This document shows positions 17,124 to 27,050 of a stretch of DNA of 64,000 nt, piece after piece. The translations under genes and the position numbers were made by a program. Positions within the stretch are counted from its first letter, which is position 1. Each line of letters opens with the position of its first letter. This DNA is from a virus: positions 1-64,000 of IMG/VR virus record IMGVR_UViG_3300005293_000039. One strand, given 5' to 3'. The notes beneath the pieces are model-generated. The model was not told where the DNA came from. It saw only the letters and a list, made by a program, of their open reading frames with translations, and ran no database searches.

Positions 17124-17627
17124 ATGGCGCGACTAAGAGGCGAACAATTTACCGAGCAGAGATTTTGGAGCAAGGTGCGCAGGACGAACGCGTGCTGGGA
17201 GTGGGAGGGACATCGAAATCCCGCTGGCTACGGCGTCTTTTCAGTGGGCCAGAAGTTAATTCTCGCCCACAGGTTTCGATGGGAATTATCCAATGCCGCA
17301 ATCGCAAGCGAACAACGCATCCTGCATAAATGTGACAACCCGGCTTGTGTTCGGATCGACCATTTATTTCTCGGAACGCAGGCGGATAACGTTGCTGACA
17401 TGTCCGCCAAAGGACGAGACAGAAAGGCCGCAGGGGAGAGCCACGGCCGCTCTAAGTTAACAGACGCTCAAGTCCAACAGATCCGCGACTTATTAAACAA
17501 AGGAGATTTAAATGGCGTGGAAATAGGCCAAATCTTTGGCGTCAGCAAGTCCGTGGTGTCACTGGTACGCAACGGAAAGCGCGGCGGTCGTCCAAGCATT
17601 ATCGAAACAGGCAAGGTACTTGATTGA
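17124..17627 (+). CDS. Free-standing HNH homing endonuclease with C-terminal HTH
   Basis: RFWSKV, CWEW, GYG, AHR, HKCDNPACVRIDHLFLGTQADNVADM, SKLT. Confidence 0.92.
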   Translation: MARLRGEQFTEQRFWSKVRRTNACWEWEGHRNPAGYGVFSVGQKLILAHRFRWELSNAAIASEQRILHKCDNPACVRIDHLFLGTQADNVADMSAKGRDRKAAGESHGRSKLTDAQVQQIRDLLNKGDLNGVEIGQIFGVSKSVVSLVRNGKRGGRPSIIETGKVLD

Positions 17628-17660
17628 TTTGAATTCAAGGATGGAGAACGGGAGCGCTAA

Positions 17661-17894
17661 ATGAACTGCAACTGCATAGAACGGATCAACAAGAAGCTGA
17701 AAGACGCCGGGCATAACTATCAGATTGCGCCGAGTTTAGTCTTCGATGAAAAGATGCAACTGGACACACTGCTTAGTGTCGCAACCGCGTGGGTAGGTGA
17801 ACCGCCGCGCGGAAAGAAGCATAAATTACCGCCCGTGATGCTTTGTACATACTGCCCATTCTGCCGCAAGAAGGCGGCGGGAAATAAGAGGTAG
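17661..17894 (+). CDS. Small zinc-binding phage protein
   Basis: MNCNC...YCPFC. Confidence 0.65.
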   Translation: MNCNCIERINKKLKDAGHNYQIAPSLVFDEKMQLDTLLSVATAWVGEPPRGKKHKLPPVMLCTYCPFCRKKAAGNKR

Positions 17895-18400
17895 CGCCGA
17901 CGTCTGAAACTAAATCTTCTTAGTTGGTATGCGAAGCAAATAGGAAAGGGACGAAATGAAATCCTTAGATGAAATTCACGACATGATCGCGACTGCGCAG
18001 CTGGGTGACGGAGATCGCGTGCTCGATATTTGCCAGGCATTGCTGGAGCAGATCCGCGACCTTCGGCGAAGCGCCGATCACTTCGAGCAAGTCGAAGACA
18101 CGCGGCAGTGGATACAGGGCAATCCGAGCTACTGAAAGAGACTTCAACCATGACGCACAAAGAAGCGATGACAAGTCCGCGCGGCGAGAATTGGGATGGT
18201 CTACGCGACTACGCGCCGGTGCCCGAATGCGATGGATTATTGATCGATCCGAACACGTCCTACTCGTCTGACGTTTATTGGGAAGTCTTTACTTGCTCGA
18301 AATGCTTCGTGATCGTGTTCACCGTAGAAGGTTCCCGGCACTGGTGGAATCACGAAGGCACTGGATCGCCCGAACGAATGGCGCGGATCGCAGCAATGCA

Positions 18401-18661
18401 ATGATGCACGGCCAGAAATCAGGTTTAGGAAAGGTTCAAACAGTAATGGTGACTAAAGAAATAGAAAAAGAAGTGCGTAGCGTTGATGAGATTCAGGCAG
18501 AGATCGAAGAAACGGCATCCCGAATCCGCGAGCTTAACCGCGAGATAAAGCGGCTACGCGATGAGCGGGACGAGTTGTCTGAATTCCGCGGCGAGCTACA
18601 GGAAGAACTCTTAAAGGCCCTTGGCGAGCAGCTACGCTTGGCGAAGGAATCGGAATCATGA
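18401..18661 (+). CDS. Coiled-coil protein
   Basis: Heptad E/R/L-rich sequence; start uncertain. Confidence 0.5.
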   Translation: MMHGQKSGLGKVQTVMVTKEIEKEVRSVDEIQAEIEETASRIRELNREIKRLRDERDELSEFRGELQEELLKALGEQLRLAKESES

Positions 18662-18681
18662 ATTCAAAAATAGAAAAGTCT

Positions 18682-18846
18682 TCAAGAGAGGTGCAAATCG
18701 TAGCGACGGTGCTGCTTCTTTTCGTGCGCCACTTGAGAAATCAAATTGCAGGCTTTAGCGAACTCAAGCATGGTCGCCTTCAACTCTCCGGCGATGTTAG
18801 GCGTCACAACCAACTTCGCCTTCACAACCTGCTGACATTTCTTCAT
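18682..18846 (-). pseudogene. N-terminal fragment of a second TnpB-family gene
   Basis: MKKCQQVVKAKLVVTPNIAGELKATMLEFAKACNLISQVAHEKKQHRRYDLH matches a TnpB N-terminal pattern, then stops after 54 aa. Confidence 0.65.
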
Positions 18847-18879
18847 GCAGGCGCGAGTGTAACACGGGAGTAAATCCAA

Positions 18880-19221
18880 ATGAGCGAACGCAACTACATC
18901 GAAAAGCAGGGATTAGATCGTTACGCCAACACTGATCCATCACTTCACTTCAACGGCATTGAACGTTCTCCTGATGAACGCTGGCGCGGCGCATGGTTCT
19001 GGTGTCTCAAACATTGTGATTACGAAAGTGCTCAGTTGATTCACGATCGCAACGCGCCGCCAAGTGATGAATGTTTCTATGGCGACCATGATCGTTGTGA
19101 TTTTGGCTGGTGTAACTGCGTATGTCATGCACGAGTGAAATTCGAGCTCGAACATCCACAATTGAAATCATTATCAGAACTTCAAAGCGAGCGTGAGGCT
19201 CAGATGGAGGATGCAGCGTAA
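18880..19221 (+). CDS. Cys/His-rich hypothetical protein
   Basis: CLKHC, C..GDH..C....CNCVCH. Confidence 0.6.
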   Translation: MSERNYIEKQGLDRYANTDPSLHFNGIERSPDERWRGAWFWCLKHCDYESAQLIHDRNAPPSDECFYGDHDRCDFGWCNCVCHARVKFELEHPQLKSLSELQSEREAQMEDAA

Positions 19222-19466
19222 TGGCTGATTTCATTCCTTGCTCACATTGTGATGGTGAAGGCTACGTCGAGCTGACCGGCGTTCATGCGGAGACGTTGAG
19301 CCTTCTACGCGGTCTTCCTGCGGCGCTCAACGGCGTCGAACTTGCAAAGTTGGCGAACTGTAATCCGACCGCGATGAACAACCGCCTTGCGTGGCTCGAG
19401 TCTCAGGGGTTGGCCGGGCGTAAGCGTTACGGCAGAGAAAGTCTTTGGAGTGCCAGCAATGTATGA
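19221..19466 (+). CDS. wHTH protein with N-terminal CxxCxGxG
   Basis: CSHCDGEG; ELAKLA...AMNNRLAWLESQGL. Confidence 0.65.
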   Translation: MADFIPCSHCDGEGYVELTGVHAETLSLLRGLPAALNGVELAKLANCNPTAMNNRLAWLESQGLAGRKRYGRESLWSASNV

Positions 19467-19839
19467 ATGCGACACCATTGGATGCCCTGAATACGTTTCG
19501 CATCCCGGTCAGCTCTGCCTTGCTTGTACGCAACGCTGCGGCGCTGAAGACGATCCGCAAGACGACGATTACGACGAAGACGAAGGTTATTTGTAGAGAA
19601 GAAAGGGGAAGTAGATTGGAAAACTATGATGGCGATTTCAGATGTCAAGTAAGCGAAGGCGGACCATGCCGAAAAGAAGCGACAATGGTTTATCGCGAAC
19701 CCTTCACACCCGCAAGCGTTGCGGTACCGGCCTGTGATGAACACTCAGACGGTCTGTCAAAAGCAGGCTATCACTTCGATGAACAGGCCACGATTGAACT
19801 GGCGCGCGATCGCGAGCGTGAGGCGATGATCGGAGTCTA

Positions 19840-20241
19840 ATGAGTTACCGCTGGAACAGTTCATTTCGAGTAAAGCCTTCTCGTTTGAAGAGAAGCGGGA
19901 TAAAGAGATCTCTGCGTCCGACTTTGAAGAAGATCGGCAGGCGAACTAAAGACTGGCGCAAGGTATGGCGCTTTCTCAAACCCGAACTCAAGAAGCGCGG
20001 GCGAACAGGTTGTGAGTTTGGATTCATACCGCATGAGTGTTGGGGGCCGCTCGATCCGGCGCATTCCAAGAAGCGCCGCAACATGAAAGGCAATGACATT
20101 TACACGTGCGCGATCGCTTGCCGCTACATACACAACTTTTTAGATCTGCAATGTACCCATGAGCAGATGGAATTGTTTGTGCTACACGCGATTGACCTTG
20201 CTGGCGGGTTAATTATTCCAGAAGTTAAGAAAGCGGCTTAG
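19840..20241 (+). CDS. Basic HNH-like nuclease (NinG/Ref-like)
   Basis: K/R-rich N-terminus, CE...C.GPLDPAH..KRR...ACR..H. Confidence 0.5.
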   Translation: MSYRWNSSFRVKPSRLKRSGIKRSLRPTLKKIGRRTKDWRKVWRFLKPELKKRGRTGCEFGFIPHECWGPLDPAHSKKRRNMKGNDIYTCAIACRYIHNFLDLQCTHEQMELFVLHAIDLAGGLIIPEVKKAA

Positions 20242-20637
20242 TGATACCCGAAAGGAAAACAGAGTAGATGAAGATCCGAGACGTTACCGATCCACAGGAG
20301 TTGCTGCTGGCCCAGCTTGATGAAGTGCGGCGCAGGAACGCAGCAATGCGGGAAACAATCAGACAGAACCGCGCAACTTTAAGAGGCGGCATTGCAGAAG
20401 AAGCGCGTCTTGAGGCCGAGCTTGTGGAGCTGGCAATTAAGAAAGTTGAGATTTAGTTGTGGCTGAAGAAGTGGTGGACGACAGGTTTGTTTGCACTAGA
20501 GAGAATCCGTGGTCAAGGGAGAAGGCCGAGCGGTCGGCGCATCCTGACGCCCGTGAGATTGATAACCATCTTTGCGATTGCTGCGCAAAGTACGAGTGCC
20601 CTAACTGCGGATTGATATTCAAATGCGAGTTACCCCA

Positions 20638-21150
20638 ATGACCAAAGACAAGGCAACAGCAACCCGCGATCTCCGTTTGGAGCCGTGTCCGTTTGATGGT
20701 GGCGATGAAGTCGTTATCGGCAGCGGAAGTAACGACGGGCCGTATGTCCGGTGTTTCTTTTGCGACACGTATATTTTCGGGGATTCGGAGGCCGAAGTAA
20801 TTGAGAAGTGGAATACGCGCGCCGGTGGTGTTGGGCTCATCGCTAAGGAACGGGCGCGACAGTTGGCGGTTGAGGGCTGGACACCAGAGCATGATGATCA
20901 CCATACGGATCAATCACTTGCACAAGCCGCTGCGTGTTACGCGTGGCCTCCGATGCGTCCGATCGAGATTAAGAAGGCATGGCCGTGGAAACTGTGGGAA
21001 TGGAAGCCCGAGCTGTTCGCGGTCGATGCAGGCGAAGTCGCAAAAGCCGAAGCGCGTATCCGCGTACTCGCAAAGGCTGGCGCGCTGATCGCAGCAGAGA
21101 TAGATCGATTAGAACGCGCTCGCGCCGCCCTAAGCAGTGGGAAGGAGTAG
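20638..21150 (+). CDS. Lar-like zinc finger fused to a conserved ERxRQ/WPW phage domain
   Basis: LEPCPFDG...CFFC...IEKWNTRA, then ERARQ..EGWTPEHDD, AAACYA, WPW, KAGALIAAEIDRL. Confidence 0.7.
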   Translation: MTKDKATATRDLRLEPCPFDGGDEVVIGSGSNDGPYVRCFFCDTYIFGDSEAEVIEKWNTRAGGVGLIAKERARQLAVEGWTPEHDDHHTDQSLAQAAACYAWPPMRPIEIKKAWPWKLWEWKPELFAVDAGEVAKAEARIRVLAKAGALIAAEIDRLERARAALSSGKE

Positions 21151-22708
21151 AGGAATGGCCAAGTTCAAAGACGGCGACAAGGTTCAGATGACACCGGAGA
21201 CCCGAAAAGCAAACCCTGGTGCCCGCTCATTTACTGGCGTGGTCGTAGGTGAGGCACGGCACCCGAACGAGATCCGCATTCGGCGCGATGGACAAAAAAC
21301 AATCGTGCTTTGGCATGAGACGGCATGGGAACTGAGATCTGGGGGCGTGCCAACGCCCTAGAGAGTTAATGAAACGGTTAACCGTAAAGGAGACCTAATG
21401 AATAACGATGACCTAACCAAAGAATCGCGTTCCGTTTGGGGTTTGGCATTGGGCGAGACCGGTTATCAAGTTGGCAAGGACGGAGTGACTGCGATTGAGC
21501 CTATCGACGTAACCGGACAAATGGCATATGTGCCGTGGTTCAACGTCTGGCGCGGGCAAACGCTCGCCTGCAAGGTCAACGCAGCCTACGTTCACATCGT
21601 TGAATACGCGCCATCAAGTTGAGGTTAGACCATGAGTAAAGAGACCAGAGAGATCTCAGAACGGATCATTGCAGAGTGTACCGACATCACCGGTCGCGTC
21701 TTTCCTGCGAGAATGGCCAGCGCTATTGATGAAGCGCTCCGCGACCGGGATGAACGAGCGGCGAAGATTGCCGAATGCTGGCTAGATAACCGCGTCGCCA
21801 AGTCGTGGAACAGCACTCAAACAGCGAATGGAATCGCCGCCGCAATCAGAGACGGAGTAGCCGATGCTAAATGAACCGGAACTACAGGAGCAAAAATGCC
21901 CCGAATGTGGGTTGAGCAAGGGTCACAAGATGTCTTGCGTAAGGGGCAATCAGCTTGCGATGCGTCGCCAGCAGCCGGAGCGGTACGAACGTGAGTACGG
22001 CGAGCATTCCGTTGATCTGGATAGTCTGCGGCCTGTCCCGCTCGCTGAAGTTGCAAAGGGACCAAATCGCGAATGGAATGACAAGGCCAAAGCGCCCGAA
22101 CTCTTTGAGCAGTGGTGGGCCAAGCACAGCGATAAGCATTGGTCTGTTAAGCACGCTGCCCGCGAAGGATGGTACGCGTGCGCTGAATCACTGGGAGTTT
22201 ACGATGACAAGTAAGCAATTGACCGCCGAACAACTACAGGAATTGTTGAGAGTGGCTGAGAGCGACTTGCAATAAAGATTAATGAGTTTTTATTTCTGGA
22301 AATTTATTCATAACGCGTTGATCCACCCGCTAATGGCGTGGCCGTGGTCAGAGCCAAGATGGTTGAACCGCTTGCACGACTGGACGGGCGAGCGATGTAA
22401 AGGAGCAGGATGAACATCAGAACTTTGAAATGGATACAAACCTCGAAGAGACGTGTCATAGCTAACCGGAAAACCGTTATTTCTGAGACGTGGGAGGCGC
22501 GCACCCCGTTCGTTGCATACAAGGTTTACTCATCTGTGGCCGGACAGTGTTTTGTAGTTCTACCAAATTCGTTTGATGCGGGCGGTTTGCCGGGATTCTA
22601 CCCTGACAGTCTCAGCGGACCACCTAGAAGACGTTGCGCCTCAGTCGCAGAAGGGAAACGCATCGCTGAAACGCATTGGACGCACGCCGTTGGGGAGGAA
22701 CCGCAACT

Positions 22709-23317
22709 ATGACAACTTCATCAGACCCGCAACCCCAGCAGCAGGAGGGGCCGGAGCTGAAGCCGTGCCCATTTGGACCACCGCCGGAACATCTACCGCC
22801 AGTTGTCAAAGAAGTCAACGCGACACAGGGAACGTACTGGTGGGTTGGCTGCGAGATTCACTTGAGTCCCTCTGCACCCCCGACAGGATGCGGAGTCGGA
22901 CACAGTGCACTGACGCGCGAGGAAGCGATAGCGAAATGGCAATCCCGCGCCGATCTTCCACGCGCTACAGTAGAAGCAGTGAGCGCGACCGAGAATCACG
23001 TGTTTACCTGTGTTCGTTGCTCGCGTCAGTGGACAGTTGTCAGCAACCACGAACTTGAATGCTTCTTTTCAGGTTTGTGCTACTGGTGCCTGCGGGAAAC
23101 AGGGATAGGTCAAGAGAGAGTTAAAACTGCCCTACTAACTGATACCGACGAGGTAATGGCTAAGGCTGCTCTGGAATTGTTCCGCGTCAACGAGATTGCT
23201 GCAGTCGTGACCAGCGAGCGCTCTATTGCGACGGTAGGGAAGGCTTATGACGATTTAAAGAAAGCTGTCCGCACCTGGTCCAAGTCCCGCGCAGCCACGA
23301 GTGAAGGGGGAGGGTGA
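22709..23317 (+). CDS. Lar-like zinc-finger protein
   Basis: LKPCPFG...WVGC...CG...EEAIAKWQSRA plus CVRC/CYWC. Confidence 0.6.
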   Translation: MTTSSDPQPQQQEGPELKPCPFGPPPEHLPPVVKEVNATQGTYWWVGCEIHLSPSAPPTGCGVGHSALTREEAIAKWQSRADLPRATVEAVSATENHVFTCVRCSRQWTVVSNHELECFFSGLCYWCLRETGIGQERVKTALLTDTDEVMAKAALELFRVNEIAAVVTSERSIATVGKAYDDLKKAVRTWSKSRAATSEGGG

Positions 23318-24279
23318 CAATGCCTGAGGAACGAACGCCGGGTGGTGAGTTGTTTAGGCTAGTGGAGCAAGATCTTGGGTTTGCTCATATCTCGGATGCG
23401 CTTGACGATCTCCCATTGGAGCGCGTTCTGGCGATTGCACGTGGCTCGTTAAAACATACAGAGAGCGCGTCTAAAAAGTTGAGACGGTTTATCCGTAAAT
23501 ACGAGCGCGAAGTGAAAGGCAAATCACAATGAGACCTGATCCAGGACAGTCCCTGCCTCTGCTGATAGGGCTACTACTGATTATCTTGGTTTTATTCATC
23601 GTGGCGGTTGGTCCAAAGCCACAGGCCGCGTTCAGAATTACCACGAAGGAAGGGTGTCGATGTTTTTAGTGTTGGGAGGCGAATTGAAATGAGCAGTGAG
23701 ACGACATTCACATTAGAGGAAATCAAACAAGGCTGCGAACCGCTTTGGAATAACGTCGAGTGTCTGACGTGTTCGCGGTTGCTAGGTTACATCAAAGACC
23801 TTCTCTCCTGTATTGAAGGCAGGGGAGTAGAGAACGCGCGTAAATTAACGCGGCCAGAGATTAACCATCTGCTCGGTCTACTCGAAGCGGAGCGCGAATC
23901 CGGGGAGTATACCGGGCCACGCGAACAGTATTACGCTCGCACGAAACGGTTGATTAGATGGTGTCAGGAGTAGGTCAAATGAGCGAACTAAACACGATTG
24001 CCGATGGTCTTAACAGCCTACTGGCATCCTACGCTGAGCCGTGTGTCTGTGACTGCGAGCATAGCCATTGCCCGTTGTTGCGAGAGCTTTACGCACTACG
24101 AATCAAGGCCACGCTGGAGAAGGCGCGACTGACAGTTAGGCCAATCGTTGATAGCGAGAAGCAAGGCGAGCAGGTAGGCAACTTGGTGAACATGCGACTA
24201 CATGGCACCACAGGCGGCGAGCGGTGTGCTGAGTCGGAAATAAAGAACACAACCGAAGATCCGATTGTGATAATGGACC

Positions 24280-24780
24280 ATGAGAGAAATTCTACTAACT
24301 AATAACAAAATCGCCCTTGTTGACGATGGGGATTTTGAGACTTTGTCTCGGTTCAAGTGGACGGCGTATAAAAAGCGATCTACATGGTACGCGCATCGCA
24401 CGGTTCACGCCTCTGAGCGTGAGTTGCTAGGTGGTCGCAAGTCAATTTCAATGCATCGATTCTTACTGAGCCATCTTCCGACTAAGGGAATAGAAATCGA
24501 CCACAAGAATCGCAACGGACTGGATAACCAACGAGAAAATCTGCGCGTTGCCACGCGGAGTCTGAACCAAATGAATTGCGGCCCATACAAAGGCAACAAG
24601 AGCGGCTATAAGGGCGTTTCATGGAGACAAAAGGGTCGCGTTATCGCGCAGATCTACATCAACACGCGGCGCGTTTACTTAGGACGGTTCGATACGCCAG
24701 AGCAGGCCGCACGCGCATACGACGCTAAAGCAAAAGAGCTATTCGGCGAGTTCGCTTATCTAAACTTTCCAGAAGGGTAA
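24280..24780 (+). CDS. HNH-AP2 homing endonuclease
   Basis: ALVDD.DF, MHRFL, IDHKNRNGLDNQRENLR, SGYKGVS...YLGRFDTPEQAARAYD AP2 domain. Confidence 0.93.
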   Translation: MREILLTNNKIALVDDGDFETLSRFKWTAYKKRSTWYAHRTVHASERELLGGRKSISMHRFLLSHLPTKGIEIDHKNRNGLDNQRENLRVATRSLNQMNCGPYKGNKSGYKGVSWRQKGRVIAQIYINTRRVYLGRFDTPEQAARAYDAKAKELFGEFAYLNFPEG

Positions 24781-24784
24781 ATCA

Positions 24785-25645
24785 ATGCCGGAAATCTGTA
24801 GCGAGTGTGGGCACGTCAAACTCAACCCGTGGCGTGGTTATTGCCAGCATGAAGTATCAGCATTCGGCAAGCGTCCGGTTAGATACTGCGGCTGCAAGTG
24901 CGTCTTCCCTGCGCCACCTGAGGTTGTTGAGCAAGTTAAGGCTGAGAATTGTAAGCCCGCCGGGGATTGCGCGAACTGTGGAGCGCCTATCGTAGAAGCG
25001 TTTGCGCCCGGCATTGGGGATTACTGGTATCACGTGCGCGGACTTGCTTATTGTGACACGGACAACCCGAGCTTTGATCGCACCGCAACGCCTCAATGGT
25101 TAGCAGAGGAAGAAGCAAGCAAAACATCCGTGCCCGCTTCAGTACCAGCCGAGGCTGCGGCGAATTACATTCACTTGCCTCAGTATCCAATGAACGGCAC
25201 TCAACTGGAATGTGACGGATCAGAGTTGCGACCCGATGGAACGTGCGCCAAGTGTGAGCGAATAAATGATCGTATTGAAGCCCATTACACCAAGCTGAGC
25301 ACCGCTACTAACAGCGCCGCAGTGGAAGCGGCGCGATTGGCCGCACGGGAAATTTTCAGGTATCTGGAAACCGCTCGACCGCACCCGACGTCGCCTGAAT
25401 GGAATTCCGTGAACGTGACGGCCACCGGGAAAACAGTACTTGAAGATGCGGTAGTTGCAATTATCTCGCACCATTTCCCTCTCACTGAGGCAGCAGGTGC
25501 GATTACTGATCTTAGATCTCTTAGGCAACAGGTTGAGGATACGGTTCTAGTGGCACAAACAGAGGAAGACTCTGACGGGTTTATTACGGCATACCACTTT
25601 AAGACCGGAGCTATCCATCGGCTGTTAGCGGAGGCGCGGAAATGA
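24785..25645 (+). CDS. Mosaic multi-zinc-finger phage protein
   Basis: Several CxxC clusters; operon-consistent. Confidence 0.55.
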   Translation: MPEICSECGHVKLNPWRGYCQHEVSAFGKRPVRYCGCKCVFPAPPEVVEQVKAENCKPAGDCANCGAPIVEAFAPGIGDYWYHVRGLAYCDTDNPSFDRTATPQWLAEEEASKTSVPASVPAEAAANYIHLPQYPMNGTQLECDGSELRPDGTCAKCERINDRIEAHYTKLSTATNSAAVEAARLAAREIFRYLETARPHPTSPEWNSVNVTATGKTVLEDAVVAIISHHFPLTEAAGAITDLRSLRQQVEDTVLVAQTEEDSDGFITAYHFKTGAIHRLLAEARK

Positions 25646-26028
25646 CTCTCAAGTGTGGATATTGCGGGAACTATAAACCCGAGGCATTAGCTGAATTCGG
25701 CGTTACTATGAAAGCCGTGCCCACTGGGGCAGCAATACCGGCTGGAGAGTTGAGGCCACATGGTGATATGTCATTCACAGAAGAAGTTGCGTGGCGGCGG
25801 GAACGCGAAAAACAAATGCTTGCTTCAATGGCAGCGCAGGGGAGGTGGATTGAGCGGCTCAACGCAGAGGTAGCACGACTCACAGAACTTCTGACCGATG
25901 CCTGTGAAACGGAAAGTAACTGCCGTGCCCTGCTAAAGCCTTACGATAAATCTGACTCACTTGGAATAGTTCCGTTAGTAGAGGTAATCACAATTGCGCT
26001 TGAAGATCTAAAACAGAAGGGGAACTAA
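25642..26028 (+). CDS. Hypothetical protein
   Basis: ATGA overlap, GGAGG RBS. Confidence 0.5.
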   Translation: MTLKCGYCGNYKPEALAEFGVTMKAVPTGAAIPAGELRPHGDMSFTEEVAWRREREKQMLASMAAQGRWIERLNAEVARLTELLTDACETESNCRALLKPYDKSDSLGIVPLVEVITIALEDLKQKGN

Positions 26029-26178
26029 TGAAATCTCAACTATCCAAAAGAGCTGATCTCTACCAAATTAAAAGATTTGGATCTCTTAAACCTCATAAAC
26101 CTTTAACAGAAGCTATTGCCAGAACTGTACGTAAGCATTTGACGGGCGATAAGAAGCAGGGATAGACTCTGCGGCACC

Positions 26179-26388
26179 ATGATTCCTCTGCTTGGAATTT
26201 TACTCTCCATCTACCTCGCGTTTAAGGGGATTGAGATCTTTCAGATTGCCTATTCCAACAAAGATGCTCCGTTTGGATCATTGGTTTTAGGTGCTGTAAT
26301 GATGGTGGTCGGCATCCTCATCGGACTCATATTTGGGGTGCTGTTTATGGATAGCGGGACTTCCATGCCTAGTATCCCGAGACTTTAA
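26179..26388 (+). CDS. Two-TM membrane protein (moron)
   Basis: Two hydrophobic segments; upstream TTGACG-18 nt-TAGACT promoter. Confidence 0.7.
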   Translation: MIPLLGILLSIYLAFKGIEIFQIAYSNKDAPFGSLVLGAVMMVVGILIGLIFGVLFMDSGTSMPSIPRL

Positions 26389-26392
26389 AATC

Positions 26393-26770
26393 ATGACATC
26401 ATCCATTTCCTCCCTCCTGATGGTTATTGGCCTTTGGCTTACGTTGGCTTTCTTCTGCTGCGGCGAGAATCGAAATCCATCTCAGACAGCTTACAAAGTT
26501 ACTTACCGAGTTGATGGACAGGGAACCAACACGGCGCATGTTCTGTTCACGGATTCACGTGACGCTACCGTAAGCGACAACGTTGACTTGCCCTGGACTC
26601 AGAGTTTTGAAGCGGAAGGCGGGCGGCTGCTTCTGTTGAGCGCACGTAACACGGGCGGCGTTTCCGCTTCAGTCACCGCCGCGATTATTGTGAATGGGAA
26701 AATTGTGGACGATAAGACAGCGGGTGGACGCATCGATACGGCGGAAGTGACTTATCGCTGTCCGTGGTGA
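26393..26770 (+). CDS. Putative lipoprotein with MmpS-like beta domain
   Basis: Hydrophobic signal ending FFCCG; YKVTYRVDG, LPW, VTAAIIVNG. Confidence 0.6.
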   Translation: MTSSISSLLMVIGLWLTLAFFCCGENRNPSQTAYKVTYRVDGQGTNTAHVLFTDSRDATVSDNVDLPWTQSFEAEGGRLLLLSARNTGGVSASVTAAIIVNGKIVDDKTAGGRIDTAEVTYRCPW

Positions 26771-27050
26771 AGTGAATTGAAGCAACTGCACGGAGCCAGC
26801 GACGCAGATCAGCTAATTTTTGTGAAGCCTAAAATCCCAAAATCTGAAATCCCTACATTGGTGATCGGTATTGCCATTCTCTTAATTTTCGGCATCATCG
26901 TTTACCGCGAAATGGACAGGTCTATGACTGAACCCAACTCAACAAGCGGCTCAAAGATTGTAGTGCCTCCAGTGTACAAGGGCCGTGGTCTTTTCCCCTT
27001 AACCCCTTAACCACTTAATACATCGACAGAGAACACGAGCGCGACTTTTA

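Noticed and set aside
18658-18873. Plus-strand 71-aa ORF as a real gene
   Set aside because: Mostly the antisense reading of the TnpB fragment; only the first few codons may be a remnant of an interrupted gene
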